Assembly (NCBI GenBank): GCA_902790405.1
Contig: CADARW010000001.1
Coordinates: 1 to 46,220 of the forward strand
DNA: 46,220 nucleotides
Direction of reading: 5' to 3'
Source of the DNA: an uncultured Bacteroidia bacterium
Lineage (GTDB): Bacteria > Bacteroidota > Bacteroidia > Bacteroidales > ML635J-15
Positions 1-8,667 of this stretch are shown piece after piece. The notes under the pieces were generated by a model. The model was not told where the DNA came from, ran no database searches, and was given only the letters and a program-made list of their open reading frames with translations. Position 1 is the stretch's first letter, and the number at the start of each line of letters is the position of its first letter. Made by a program: the position numbers and the translations under genes.

Positions 1-160
1 ATGATGGAATAAAAATATCACAGCATATTAACCGTTCGATTTTACAACGACACTTGCCATAAACAAATTTTCTTCTGTTTCCATTTTCTGCAAGCCTTGT
101 AATGGTTGTGAATTTTTCAAAAAAAATCCCAAGATTTATTTCCCCTGTACATATTTTTTG

Positions 161-168
161 TACTTTTG
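161..168 (+). promoter_or_regulatory. Bacteroidetes -7 promoter box (TACTTTTG) for the orphan cassette
   Basis: Exact TAnnTTTG consensus in an AT-rich context, followed directly by a hairpin that could mark the transcript 5' end. Confidence 0.6.
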
Positions 169-171
169 TCT

Positions 172-486
172 CGTCATACATTGCTTTTCGTTATGATGGG
201 CGGTATGGCAGACATATAGAAAGACGTTTACTGACGTTTTCCTTTGACGCTTCAAAACTTCGCAACTTTTGGAACATCTGTCAAAGAAAAAGCAGCGGTG
301 AATATCTGCGTTAGTGTATATTGGTAATGCATCAATAATAACACAGCGTGGGCTTCGCGTTGCTCAATCTTACAGATGTAGGCAATGCGAAGGCCGTGAA
401 GCGTGGGAGCGAGTAACAAGATTCCCACGTTTTTCTTTTTTGTAGTTACCGTTCTGGGGAGTCGGCGGAGAAAAAAAGAACATACA
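172..486 (+). ncRNA. Putative structured 5' leader / attenuator RNA
   Basis: Stems: CGTCATA/TATGATG (172-198); CTTTGAC 242-248/GTCAAAG 280-286 with inner TTCAAAA/TTTTGGA; GGCTTCGCGTTGC 351-363/GCAATGCGAAGGCC 382-395; AAGCGTGGGA 399-408/TCCCACGTTT 423-432 followed by a T-run. GC-richer than the downstream genes. Confidence 0.55.
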
Positions 487-1152
487 ATGACTTTAGAAGA
501 AATTTTCGGTTTTAATCCAAATTGTGTAAAAGTAGAGAAAGAATTGCTTAGTGATGGTTCAATCTATACAGGAGAAGCCAAAATAATAAATGCTAATTAT
601 TTACCAAACGGTTTCGGCAAAAAATACATAAGCAAAGAAGTCGAAATTACTGGTTTTTGGCGCGATGGATATATGAATGGGGTGTGTTATATAAATATGC
701 ACCACTCAATGGTAACAGGGCATTTCGTAAACAACAGACCAGATGGATGGTGTTTTAGTGTTGATAAGCGTGGTTTCATATTTGGCGTATTCAAAATAGA
801 TGATTGCGTTTGTTCTTTAGGAGATGCTGTTACTTGGATGGTAAGAAACACGGATGGCGGATTAAAAATCAGTTCTGCCAAAAAACAAATTCTAATAGGA
901 GAAATTGAAAACAATCAAGCCAAAGGATTTCACTTTATGAATAATGGTGATTTGTATGTGGGTACGGATAATTCTAATTTGGACAAAACTGGATATTTTT
1001 TCAAGTTTACGAACGACGGATATATACAGATTGGATATTTTGAACATGGCAATTTTGTCAAACGTTTATCTCCCAAAGATGTTGTAGAAGCAAATGGAAT
1101 TTCGTCTAGTTTGTTGACTGTTAGCATTGATACTAATAAAAAATATTTTTAA
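487..1152 (+). CDS. Hypothetical protein with MORN-repeat-like motifs
   Basis: DGSIYTGE...PNGFGK, ITGFWRDGYMNGVC, VTGHFVNNRPDGWC and NGDLYVG resemble MORN repeats. ATG at 487 is preferred over GTG at 403, which lies inside the terminator-like hairpin. Confidence 0.65.
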   Translation: MTLEEIFGFNPNCVKVEKELLSDGSIYTGEAKIINANYLPNGFGKKYISKEVEITGFWRDGYMNGVCYINMHHSMVTGHFVNNRPDGWCFSVDKRGFIFGVFKIDDCVCSLGDAVTWMVRNTDGGLKISSAKKQILIGEIENNQAKGFHFMNNGDLYVGTDNSNLDKTGYFFKFTNDGYIQIGYFEHGNFVKRLSPKDVVEANGISSSLLTVSIDTNKKYF

Positions 1153-1167
1153 CATATATTCGAGATT

Positions 1168-1998
1168 ATGGGAATTTTAGACTTTTTTAGTAGCGAGAAG
1201 CAAAATAATAACCAAAATAATTTGTTTTCAAAATCAGAATTAGAAAACCTAATTCAGATCCTTTCGAAAATAAGTTACATTTTTCAAGAATCAGGAAGTA
1301 TTATTGGAGGAAGAAGCGAAAAAATGATGAGTACAACTCGTTCATACGCAGGCATTCTCGGTTATTTTTATGAAATAGAATATGGGTATGGAAAAATGAT
1401 AGACATAGTAGATAATAATATTGCCAACCATTATCTTTTAGTAAAGTCTGCAATGTTTAATAATGAACATAAGAAAAGAACAATCAGTGAATTGTCTAAC
1501 AATTGGTCGGATATATTGCAAGTGATTTTTAATTTTGAATTGGATTCAAATCCGATTGGAAATAAGTTTAAAACAATGCAAAACGACATTCAAAAAGTAA
1601 CTGAAGCCTTTGAAAAACTTTCGGGAACAAAATGCAGGAAACCGCAAAATCCGCTAGACACAAAGCCCAAAAACATAACATACAATCCATATAATATTAC
1701 AGAAGATCCTATGCTTTCCCGAGGACATACAATTCCTGATATTACTAGTGTTTTTGCTCAAGAATTGATTCCGTTATTATCGTCAGCACAGTCATACGGT
1801 AGATTATCAAAAGACACGGTCGCTAATTATGCAATATCTATGGTAAAGTCATATTATGAAAATGCAGGTTTTGTTCCAATGGTAATTATAGACCAAATTA
1901 CGGGACAAATTAATCAAGTAACGGATATGTTTCAAAAAATATCATATTCACCGTATTCGTCTCTAAAAGAATATGTTTTAAGCAAAATTTACAGATAA
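1168..1998 (+). CDS. Hypothetical protein (AT-rich orphan)
   Basis: 276-aa ORF, 15 bp after the previous stop, AT-rich codon usage; no family recognised. Confidence 0.7.
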   Translation: MGILDFFSSEKQNNNQNNLFSKSELENLIQILSKISYIFQESGSIIGGRSEKMMSTTRSYAGILGYFYEIEYGYGKMIDIVDNNIANHYLLVKSAMFNNEHKKRTISELSNNWSDILQVIFNFELDSNPIGNKFKTMQNDIQKVTEAFEKLSGTKCRKPQNPLDTKPKNITYNPYNITEDPMLSRGHTIPDITSVFAQELIPLLSSAQSYGRLSKDTVANYAISMVKSYYENAGFVPMVIIDQITGQINQVTDMFQKISYSPYSSLKEYVLSKIYR

Positions 1999-2030
1999 CA
2001 AAAATATTATTAATAAAAAAAGTAAACAAA

Positions 2031-2660
2031 ATGACAGAAACCGAACAATTTGTTGTGGAAGCAATGGCACAACTTTCAATGGGAAATGATGGTGATGCAA
2101 CATACCATCCGCTTTATAAGGCTTGGCGCTCTTATACAAATAATCCTGGACAGTTAAATCGCATTCAAGATTATGCACGTTACGGAATGGGATTGTCAAT
2201 ATTTTTATCATACGAAACCATTTCAGATATTGACATAAAACAACAGATAGCATCTATTTCGTATATGTGTATTAGTAAAGCAATAAGGAACAATCCTTCT
2301 AATGTGAATTACCGTAAGAATCGTTTAATTCTGATGCTTTGTAATCATGAAGCATTTGAATATACAGTATCATCTGTTGTAAACAAAGGCAGAAGTATTA
2401 TTTTTGCAAATAACATGCGATTTAAAGCAAGGGATGCTATGTTCAAAATGGAATTTTATGACCTTTCTTCTAACAAAACCTTGCTCAATATTGATATGTT
2501 TTATTCAAAATATATTGACTTGAAAGAAAAGATATCAAATAACTTTTTTGGGTATAACGAAACTGAAGCAACGTTTATTAGAGATGGCGAAAAATTGCAT
2601 AAGGATATTTTAGATTATATTGAGGACAAAGTTTTGGTTGATGGTGACATTGATTTCTAA
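2031..2660 (+). CDS. Hypothetical helical protein (possible single TPR-like hairpin)
   Basis: 209-aa ORF with an A-rich translation initiation region; YMCISKAIRNNPSNVNYRKNR loosely resembles a TPR turn. Confidence 0.65.
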   Translation: MTETEQFVVEAMAQLSMGNDGDATYHPLYKAWRSYTNNPGQLNRIQDYARYGMGLSIFLSYETISDIDIKQQIASISYMCISKAIRNNPSNVNYRKNRLILMLCNHEAFEYTVSSVVNKGRSIIFANNMRFKARDAMFKMEFYDLSSNKTLLNIDMFYSKYIDLKEKISNNFFGYNETEATFIRDGEKLHKDILDYIEDKVLVDGDIDF

Positions 2661-2704
2661 ATGACATTGTTTTTTATATTGATCATGTAGGATTTTCAGT
2701 TCGT

Positions 2705-2756
2705 CGTGTCGGATTTGTACTCCGACACGGTTGAATATAAGCATTTGTAATGTGCA
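2705..2756. repeat. Small palindromic repeat element
   Basis: Perfect 9-bp stem CGTGTCGGA-TTTGTAC-TCCGACACG followed by a degenerate second ATTTGTAAT unit. Confidence 0.5.
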
Positions 2757-3018
2757 TATCGCTAAAAACAATGTCTTTTACAAAATGATATGATGCAATT
2801 TATTTTTAAATTTTCCATCTTCCACCACGAGACTGGCGGTGTTTCTCCCACTAAAATATGTTACGGTTGCACTTCCCACAGACTAAAATTGATTACTCTT
2901 GACAGGACGATGGTAAGCGATGATTCGGGGATTTTGTAGATAATGCTGTGCACCGCAGATTGCGGAGATTTCGCAACGGAAAATCGTGAAGGAATAAAAA
3001 TATTTGTGTAAAACAATC

Positions 3019-3048
3019 TGTAGCGACACAATGCATTGCGCCGCTACA
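3019..3048. repeat. GTAG-type REP-like palindrome, copy 1
   Basis: TGTAGCGACACAATGCATTGCGCCGCTACA, an imperfect palindrome similar to 21476-21505. Confidence 0.7.
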
Positions 3049-3108
3049 ATATTGTGTAACAATTAATAATTCGAGGTAAAAATCTTTTCCTTCAGTACAT
3101 TTTTTATG

Positions 3109-3116
3109 TATTTTTG
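3109..3116 (+). promoter_or_regulatory. -7 promoter box TATTTTTG for the GH92 gene
   Basis: TAnnTTTG consensus 20 bp before ATG 3136. Confidence 0.5.
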
Positions 3117-3135
3117 CGGTTGTCACAAAATTGTT

Positions 3136-6090
3136 ATGATGTTAAATAAATTACGCTTTTTTGTCGTAGTGCTTCTAATGGGAAGCCTTATGGTTTCGTG
3201 CAGCAAGAAGGCTGAACGCTTCGAACTGCCAGAAGAAAATCTTGTGGAATATGTAAACCCGATGGTGGGAACCGCCGAACACGGTCACACTTTCCCGGGT
3301 GCAGTTATGCCTTTTGGTATGGTTCAGCTTAGCCCCGATACCCGCCTCGATGGCTGGGACGGTTGCAGCGGATACCATTACACCGATTCCGAAATTTACG
3401 GTTTCACGCATACCCACCTCAGCGGAACTGGCTGTTCCGACTACGGCGATGTGCTGCTTATGCCGATGTGCGGAAAGTTCTCGACCGACAACAAGGAATA
3501 TTCGTCGCATTTCTCGCACGATACCGAAATCGCCGAGCCAGGCTATTACGCCGTGAAACTCTCCGACGACGACATCGATGTGGAACTCACCGTTTCTCCG
3601 CGCGTCGGTATGCACCGCTACAAGTTCAACCGCGAAGGCAAGCGCTACATTGTCCTCGACCTTGAACACCGCGATGTTGTTCTTGAGGCCGGCCTGCGCA
3701 AGCATTCCGACAACTGCTATACTGGCGTCCGCCGTTCGCACGCTTGGGCCGACAACCAGCACCTGTACTTTGCAATGCAATTCTCGACCGATGTCAGCGT
3801 TGTAGAACCTGCCGACTTCGACTGGGAAAGCGATTCGCTCTGCCGTCCCGACAAGGCCGTGTATGTCTTTGAGGTTGCCGATAGTGCTGTAAATGAGGTA
3901 CTTGTAAAGGTTTCCATTTCACAGGTTGACGAGGAAGGTGCGCTGAAGAATATGGAGCAGGAAGTTCCCAACTGGGATTTCGATGCTTTGCGCAAGGATG
4001 CTTCCGACGCTTGGAACCGCGAACTCAACAAGATTGTCGTTAAGGGCGGAAGCGAGGAACAGCGCAAGGTTTTCTACACCGCAATGTATCATTCGTTCAT
4101 ACAACCGACTTTGGCTCAAGATGTTGACCGTCGCTATCGCGGCACCGACCTGCAGGTTCACTCGAGCGACGACTTTACCACATATACCGTTTTCTCGCTG
4201 TGGGACACCTACCGCGCTGCACATCCGCTATATACCATAACGCAACAGGCACGCACGGTCGATTTCATCAAGACTTTCATTGCCGAATACTCGCAGGGCG
4301 GAAGGTTGCCAATGTGGGAACTTTCGTCGAACTACACGGGCTGTATGATTGGCTATCACTCTGTTCCGCCAATTGTTGATGCATATTTCAAAGGCATAAA
4401 GTTCAAAAATCTTGAAAGTCTTGCACTCGAGGCTATGCTTTCGACAGCAACCGCCGACGAACTTGGCAAGCGCGATTTTGCCCGTCACGGCTTTATGTCG
4501 GTGAACGAGGAGCACGAGTCGGTATCGAAAAACCTCGAATACGGCTTCGACGACTGGTGCATTGCCCAGTTTGCAAAATCGCAGGGCGACAATGAAACCT
4601 ATCGCGAATATATGATTAGAAGTCAGGCTTACAAGCATATTTTCGACAAGAGTTGCGGCTTTATGTGTCCTCGTCAGAACGGTTCGTGGAAGGAGAATTT
4701 CGACCCGAAAGAAATTGATTTCAACTTCACGGAGGCCAATTCGTGGCAATATACCTTCTATGTTCCGCACGACATTCTCGGTTTTATCGAGCTGATGGGC
4801 GGTAACGAGGCATTCGAGGCAAAACTCGACGAACTTTTCTCGACTGGCAGCGAAACCCACGGCAAGGATTTGAAGGACATAACCGGACTTATTGGCCAGT
4901 ATGTACACGGAAACGAACCGAGCCACCACATTGCCTATATGTACAACTATTGCGGAAAGCCTACCAAGACGCAGAAGGTTGTCCGCCAGATAATGTCGGA
5001 GATGTACAACACAACACCTGCCGGCAGTTGCGGAAACGAAGACTGCGGTCAGATGTCGGCATGGTATGTCCTCAGCGCAATGGGATTTTATCCGATAAAT
5101 CCTGCAAACGGCGTATATGATATTGGCAGCCCGATATTCGACACCGTGCAGATTAACCTCGAAAACGGCAATAAATGCCTGATTGTCACTCACGACAATA
5201 GCCCCGAAAATATCTATGTCGGCAAGATGGAAATAAACGGAAAGCCCTACACTAAGTCTTATATTTTGCATTCCGACATTGCCGATGGTGCACGAATCGA
5301 CTTTTATATGACTGCCGACCCGCAGAACGGATTCGGCACCAACAGCGCCGACATTTATCCGTCGCGCATCGATGAGTTCAAGGTTGTTCCTGCTCCGTAT
5401 GCGTTGACTAGTGACCGTACTTTCCACGATTCGTTGAAAGTTGAGTTGGCATGCAGCGACGACAGCGCACGTATTTACTATTCGATAGGCGACAGCGAAG
5501 CGAAACTTTATTCCGAACCTATAATTTTAAAGGAAACAACTACGCTCAGTTTCTATTCTGAGCGCGACGGTTATGTGTCGTCGAAACCGGTTAGTGCCAA
5601 ATATATATTGATTTCGGCCGACCGTCGCATAAAACTGATAAGCAAATACAACAAAATGTATAGCGCTGGCGGCGACGATGCTCTTGTAGATTGTTTGCGT
5701 GGTGGCAACGATTTCCGTACTGGCGAATGGCAGGGATATCATGGACAGGACTTCGAAGCTATTGTCGATTTGTGCGGAGAGAAAGACATTAAGTCAATCG
5801 AAACCGGATTTATTCAGGATGTGGGTTCGTGGATAATGTTCCCTAAGTATGTAGAGTACTACACTTCGAACGATGGCGTTAATTTTAAGAAGATAGCTAC
5901 CGTAAACCATAATGTAGCCGATAATGATTACCGCCAGCAGATTTATAATTTCCGTTGCGAACCGAGCAACTGCAAGGCGCGTTATGTGAAGGTTTTTGCA
6001 AAATATTACGGTACGCTTCCCGAATGGCATTGGGGTGCTGGTGGCGAAACACATCTGTTTGTTGATGAGATTGAAATTGTTGAAAAATAG
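3136..6090 (+). CDS. GH92 family alpha-1,2-mannosidase-like lipoprotein with C-terminal Fn3-like/chitobiase and F5/8-type domains
   Basis: YVNPMVGTAEHGHTFPGAVMPFGMVQLSPDT, GFTHTHLSGTG, FSLWDTYRA, EANSWQY, HGNEPSHH and GNEDCGQMSAWY are GH92 motifs; lipobox LMVSC. Start moved to 3136/3139 because the promoter box overlaps ATG 3106. Confidence 0.93.
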   Translation: MMLNKLRFFVVVLLMGSLMVSCSKKAERFELPEENLVEYVNPMVGTAEHGHTFPGAVMPFGMVQLSPDTRLDGWDGCSGYHYTDSEIYGFTHTHLSGTGCSDYGDVLLMPMCGKFSTDNKEYSSHFSHDTEIAEPGYYAVKLSDDDIDVELTVSPRVGMHRYKFNREGKRYIVLDLEHRDVVLEAGLRKHSDNCYTGVRRSHAWADNQHLYFAMQFSTDVSVVEPADFDWESDSLCRPDKAVYVFEVADSAVNEVLVKVSISQVDEEGALKNMEQEVPNWDFDALRKDASDAWNRELNKIVVKGGSEEQRKVFYTAMYHSFIQPTLAQDVDRRYRGTDLQVHSSDDFTTYTVFSLWDTYRAAHPLYTITQQARTVDFIKTFIAEYSQGGRLPMWELSSNYTGCMIGYHSVPPIVDAYFKGIKFKNLESLALEAMLSTATADELGKRDFARHGFMSVNEEHESVSKNLEYGFDDWCIAQFAKSQGDNETYREYMIRSQAYKHIFDKSCGFMCPRQNGSWKENFDPKEIDFNFTEANSWQYTFYVPHDILGFIELMGGNEAFEAKLDELFSTGSETHGKDLKDITGLIGQYVHGNEPSHHIAYMYNYCGKPTKTQKVVRQIMSEMYNTTPAGSCGNEDCGQMSAWYVLSAMGFYPINPANGVYDIGSPIFDTVQINLENGNKCLIVTHDNSPENIYVGKMEINGKPYTKSYILHSDIADGARIDFYMTADPQNGFGTNSADIYPSRIDEFKVVPAPYALTSDRTFHDSLKVELACSDDSARIYYSIGDSEAKLYSEPIILKETTTLSFYSERDGYVSSKPVSAKYILISADRRIKLISKYNKMYSAGGDDALVDCLRGGNDFRTGEWQGYHGQDFEAIVDLCGEKDIKSIETGFIQDVGSWIMFPKYVEYYTSNDGVNFKKIATVNHNVADNDYRQQIYNFRCEPSNCKARYVKVFAKYYGTLPEWHWGAGGETHLFVDEIEIVEK

Positions 6091-6096
6091 GGAATT

Positions 6097-6510
6097 ATGA
6101 AAAATATTAGATTTTTTTTGATTGTTGCTTTGTGCATTCTGCTTTTCTCCTCATGCGAAAAGGACGAAAACAAACTTGTGGCTACAAATCTTGAATATAC
6201 AGAGTGTAACGAGCATCCAAAAGCTATGAAAACCAGAATCTCATTTGTTGAAAACACCATTGAGGTTTTTCACGACAATATCCCTGCGAACTGCAATTTC
6301 GAGGGCGTACTGGTTTCCCCAACAATCGACGATGAAAACAAGATAATTGAGATAGATGTTGACCCGATAGTAGTTCAAGCTTCGTTGGACTGCGAGTGCG
6401 TTATAAATGTGTCATATACTTTCGAAAATTTCAATAAACCAGCTTCCGACTATACATTTATAATTCGGGACAACAACGAGGAAATATATAGGGGAGGAGT
6501 GAATTATTAA
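6097..6510 (+). CDS. Hypothetical lipoprotein
   Basis: Signal peptide with lipobox FSSC; further Cys residues (PANC, DCEC); 6 bp after the GH92 stop. Confidence 0.75.
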   Translation: MKNIRFFLIVALCILLFSSCEKDENKLVATNLEYTECNEHPKAMKTRISFVENTIEVFHDNIPANCNFEGVLVSPTIDDENKIIEIDVDPIVVQASLDCECVINVSYTFENFNKPASDYTFIIRDNNEEIYRGGVNY

Positions 6511-6527
6511 AATATATTCATGCTAAT

Positions 6528-7553
6528 TTAGTGCCTCTCGCTTAATTCCTTTTCCCATTTCCAGGCCGATAAAGTTGTATCGTCAAGCGTTTTTTCGGCT
6601 TTCCAACCGAGAACTTTGTTCGCCTTTGTGGTGTCAGCCCAAACCTTTTCGATGTCGCCGGCACGACGACCAACAATTTTGTAGTTCAGTTTTAAGCCTG
6701 TGCTGCGTTCAAACGAATCGATAACTTCCAATACCGTAGAGCCTTTGCCTGTGCCGATATTGAAAAAGTCGAACTGATTGTTGTTCTTTGATGATAGCAA
6801 ATATTTTACTGCTGCAACATGTGCCTTCGCCAGATCAACAACATTTATGTAGTCGCGGATGGGCGTGCCATCGGGTGTGTTGTAGTCGTTGCCGAAAACG
6901 CTGAGGCATTCGCGGATTCCCATGGCGGTCTGTGTGATGTATGGCATAAGGTTGTTGGGAGTGCCATTGGGCAGTTCGCCGATGAGTGCCGACGGATGTG
7001 CTCCAATAGGGTTGAAGTAGCGCAAGGCTATTGCCTTTAGTGATGGTGTCGCCTTGAGCATATCCTGAATTATTTCCTCCGAGATTTGCTTTGTGTTTCC
7101 GTATGGCGATTCGGCTTTTGCGAAAGGAGTATCTTCGGTTACTGGCAGAGTTTCAGGTTGACCATAAACAGTGCAGCTTGACGAAAAAACAAGTCCGTTT
7201 ACACTATGTTTTTCCATCATTTCCAGAACGTTGATAAGCCCGTTGAGGTTGTTGCGGTAGTACATCAATGGTTTCTGTACCGATTCTCCAACAGCCTTGC
7301 TCGCAGCGAAATGCACTACGGCAACTGCATCGCTGTTGTCGTAGAAAATTTTCTCCATGGCAAACACGTCAGTTACATCTGCTTTGTAAAAAGTAGGCTT
7401 TTTGCCTGTAATTTTCTCAATTCCATCAAGAACATTGATATTCGAATTGGAAAGATTGTCGATTATTATCGGTTCGTAGCCTGCATTTATAAATTCTACA
7501 ACTGTATGTGAGCCAATGTATCCTGTGCCACCGGTGATTATTATTTTTTTCAT
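6528..7553 (-). CDS. galE: UDP-glucose 4-epimerase
   Basis: TGGTGYIGSHT, HFAASKAVGES, FSSSCTVYG, YGNTK, LRYFNPIGAH. Confidence 0.96.
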   Translation of the reverse strand: MKKIIITGGTGYIGSHTVVEFINAGYEPIIIDNLSNSNINVLDGIEKITGKKPTFYKADVTDVFAMEKIFYDNSDAVAVVHFAASKAVGESVQKPLMYYRNNLNGLINVLEMMEKHSVNGLVFSSSCTVYGQPETLPVTEDTPFAKAESPYGNTKQISEEIIQDMLKATPSLKAIALRYFNPIGAHPSALIGELPNGTPNNLMPYITQTAMGIRECLSVFGNDYNTPDGTPIRDYINVVDLAKAHVAAVKYLLSSKNNNQFDFFNIGTGKGSTVLEVIDSFERSTGLKLNYKIVGRRAGDIEKVWADTTKANKVLGWKAEKTLDDTTLSAWKWEKELSERH

Positions 7554-7564
7554 CTTGGATTCAA

Positions 7565-8575
7565 TTAAATGTAAGATTCTGCAAGTTTTTTCATTTCGCT
7601 GTTGACGTTCTTTGCTTCGTAAAGTATTCCGTATATTGTTTCGGCAATTGGAATGTTGAAGTTAGTCTTCTTGTTTATCTCGTGTACGCAACGACATGCG
7701 TAGTAGCCCTCCGCCACCATGTTCATTTCTAGCTGTGCCACACGCACCGAAAGACCGTGTCCTATCATGTTTCCAAACAAACGGTTGCGGCTGTAGCGTG
7801 AGTATGCTGTTACAAGCAAGTCGCCAAGGTATACCGAATCGTTCAAGTTGCGTTTGCCAGGATACATGCTTTCAACGAAGTTTTTCATTTCGTTTACACA
7901 GTTGGCAATATAGGCGGCAAGGAAGTTGTCGCCGTAGCCGAGACCACTGTAGATGCCAGCGCCGAGAGCGTATATGTTTTTCATTACGATTGCAATTTCG
8001 GTGCCAAGCATATCGCTAGATGTGGTTGTGTGTACATATCTGTTTGCAAACATCTTAGCAACGGTATGTGCTAGGTCTTCGTTTTCCGAGACTGCGGTAA
8101 GGAAGGTGTATTTTTCCTGTGCAATTTCTTCGGCGTGCGACGGACCGCTAATCATCGACATGTTTGTCAGCGGGATATTGAATTTGCTGTGCAGGTAGTC
8201 GGAAATGAGTTGCATGGTTTCGGGGATTATACCCTTTACTGCTGTGATTATCTTCTTGCCGGAAATGTCGATATTTTTCAGCGGTTTTAGCGACTCGTGG
8301 AGGAATGCAGCTGGTGTGACAATCACCAGATATTCTGCCTTCGATGCAATTCCTTCGAGGTCGGTGCTTATTTCAACGCTGTCGGGATTGATAAAAGTTG
8401 AACTCAGGTATCTGGGATTGTGTCCGTATTTTTGGATTCCTTCCACAATTTCATCTTTCCTTACCCACCACGATGTTCGTTCGAGGTTGGCTGTAAGTAT
8501 CTTGACTATTGCCGTTGCCCAGCTTCCGCTGCCGATTACTGCGGTATTGTATTTTAGTTTTTCGTTGGTTATCAT
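7565..8575 (-). CDS. gpsA: NAD(P)H-dependent glycerol-3-phosphate dehydrogenase
   Basis: IGSGSWATA, AVKGI, SGPSHAEE, KNIYALGAG, LGDLLVTAYS..SRNR, VAEGY. ATG 8575 chosen over TTG 8581. Confidence 0.93.
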   Translation of the reverse strand: MITNEKLKYNTAVIGSGSWATAIVKILTANLERTSWWVRKDEIVEGIQKYGHNPRYLSSTFINPDSVEISTDLEGIASKAEYLVIVTPAAFLHESLKPLKNIDISGKKIITAVKGIIPETMQLISDYLHSKFNIPLTNMSMISGPSHAEEIAQEKYTFLTAVSENEDLAHTVAKMFANRYVHTTTSSDMLGTEIAIVMKNIYALGAGIYSGLGYGDNFLAAYIANCVNEMKNFVESMYPGKRNLNDSVYLGDLLVTAYSRYSRNRLFGNMIGHGLSVRVAQLEMNMVAEGYYACRCVHEINKKTNFNIPIAETIYGILYEAKNVNSEMKKLAESYI

Positions 8576-8617
8576 CTCCAATTATTTTTTTGCAAAGGTA
8601 AGACTTTATTTGCAAAC

Positions 8618-8648
8618 AAAAAAAGGCTGTCGTTTCTTGACAGCCTTA
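8618..8648 (-). terminator. Intrinsic terminator after the dipeptidase gene
   Basis: AAGGCTGTC/GACAGCCTT stem followed by a T-run on the minus strand. Confidence 0.8.
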
Positions 8649-8667
8649 CATATCATTTGATTGCGTT

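Noticed and set aside
204-217. ATGGCAGACATATA resembling the adhesin UTR core ATGGCATATAAC
   Set aside because: Needs a gap, and the flanking AAAGCCGA and P2 strands are missing; likely chance
102-314. 70-aa ORF upstream of the orphan cassette
   Set aside because: Starts upstream of and runs through the -7 promoter box and the structured leader; no recognisable protein features
403-486. N-terminal extension of ORF 403..1152
   Set aside because: The GTG lies in the terminator-like stem and the extension translates the T-run (FFFF); ATG 487 has a typical A-rich context
4228-5427. 399-aa antisense ORF within GH92
   Set aside because: Shadow ORF opposite a confidently identified gene; explained by codon bias
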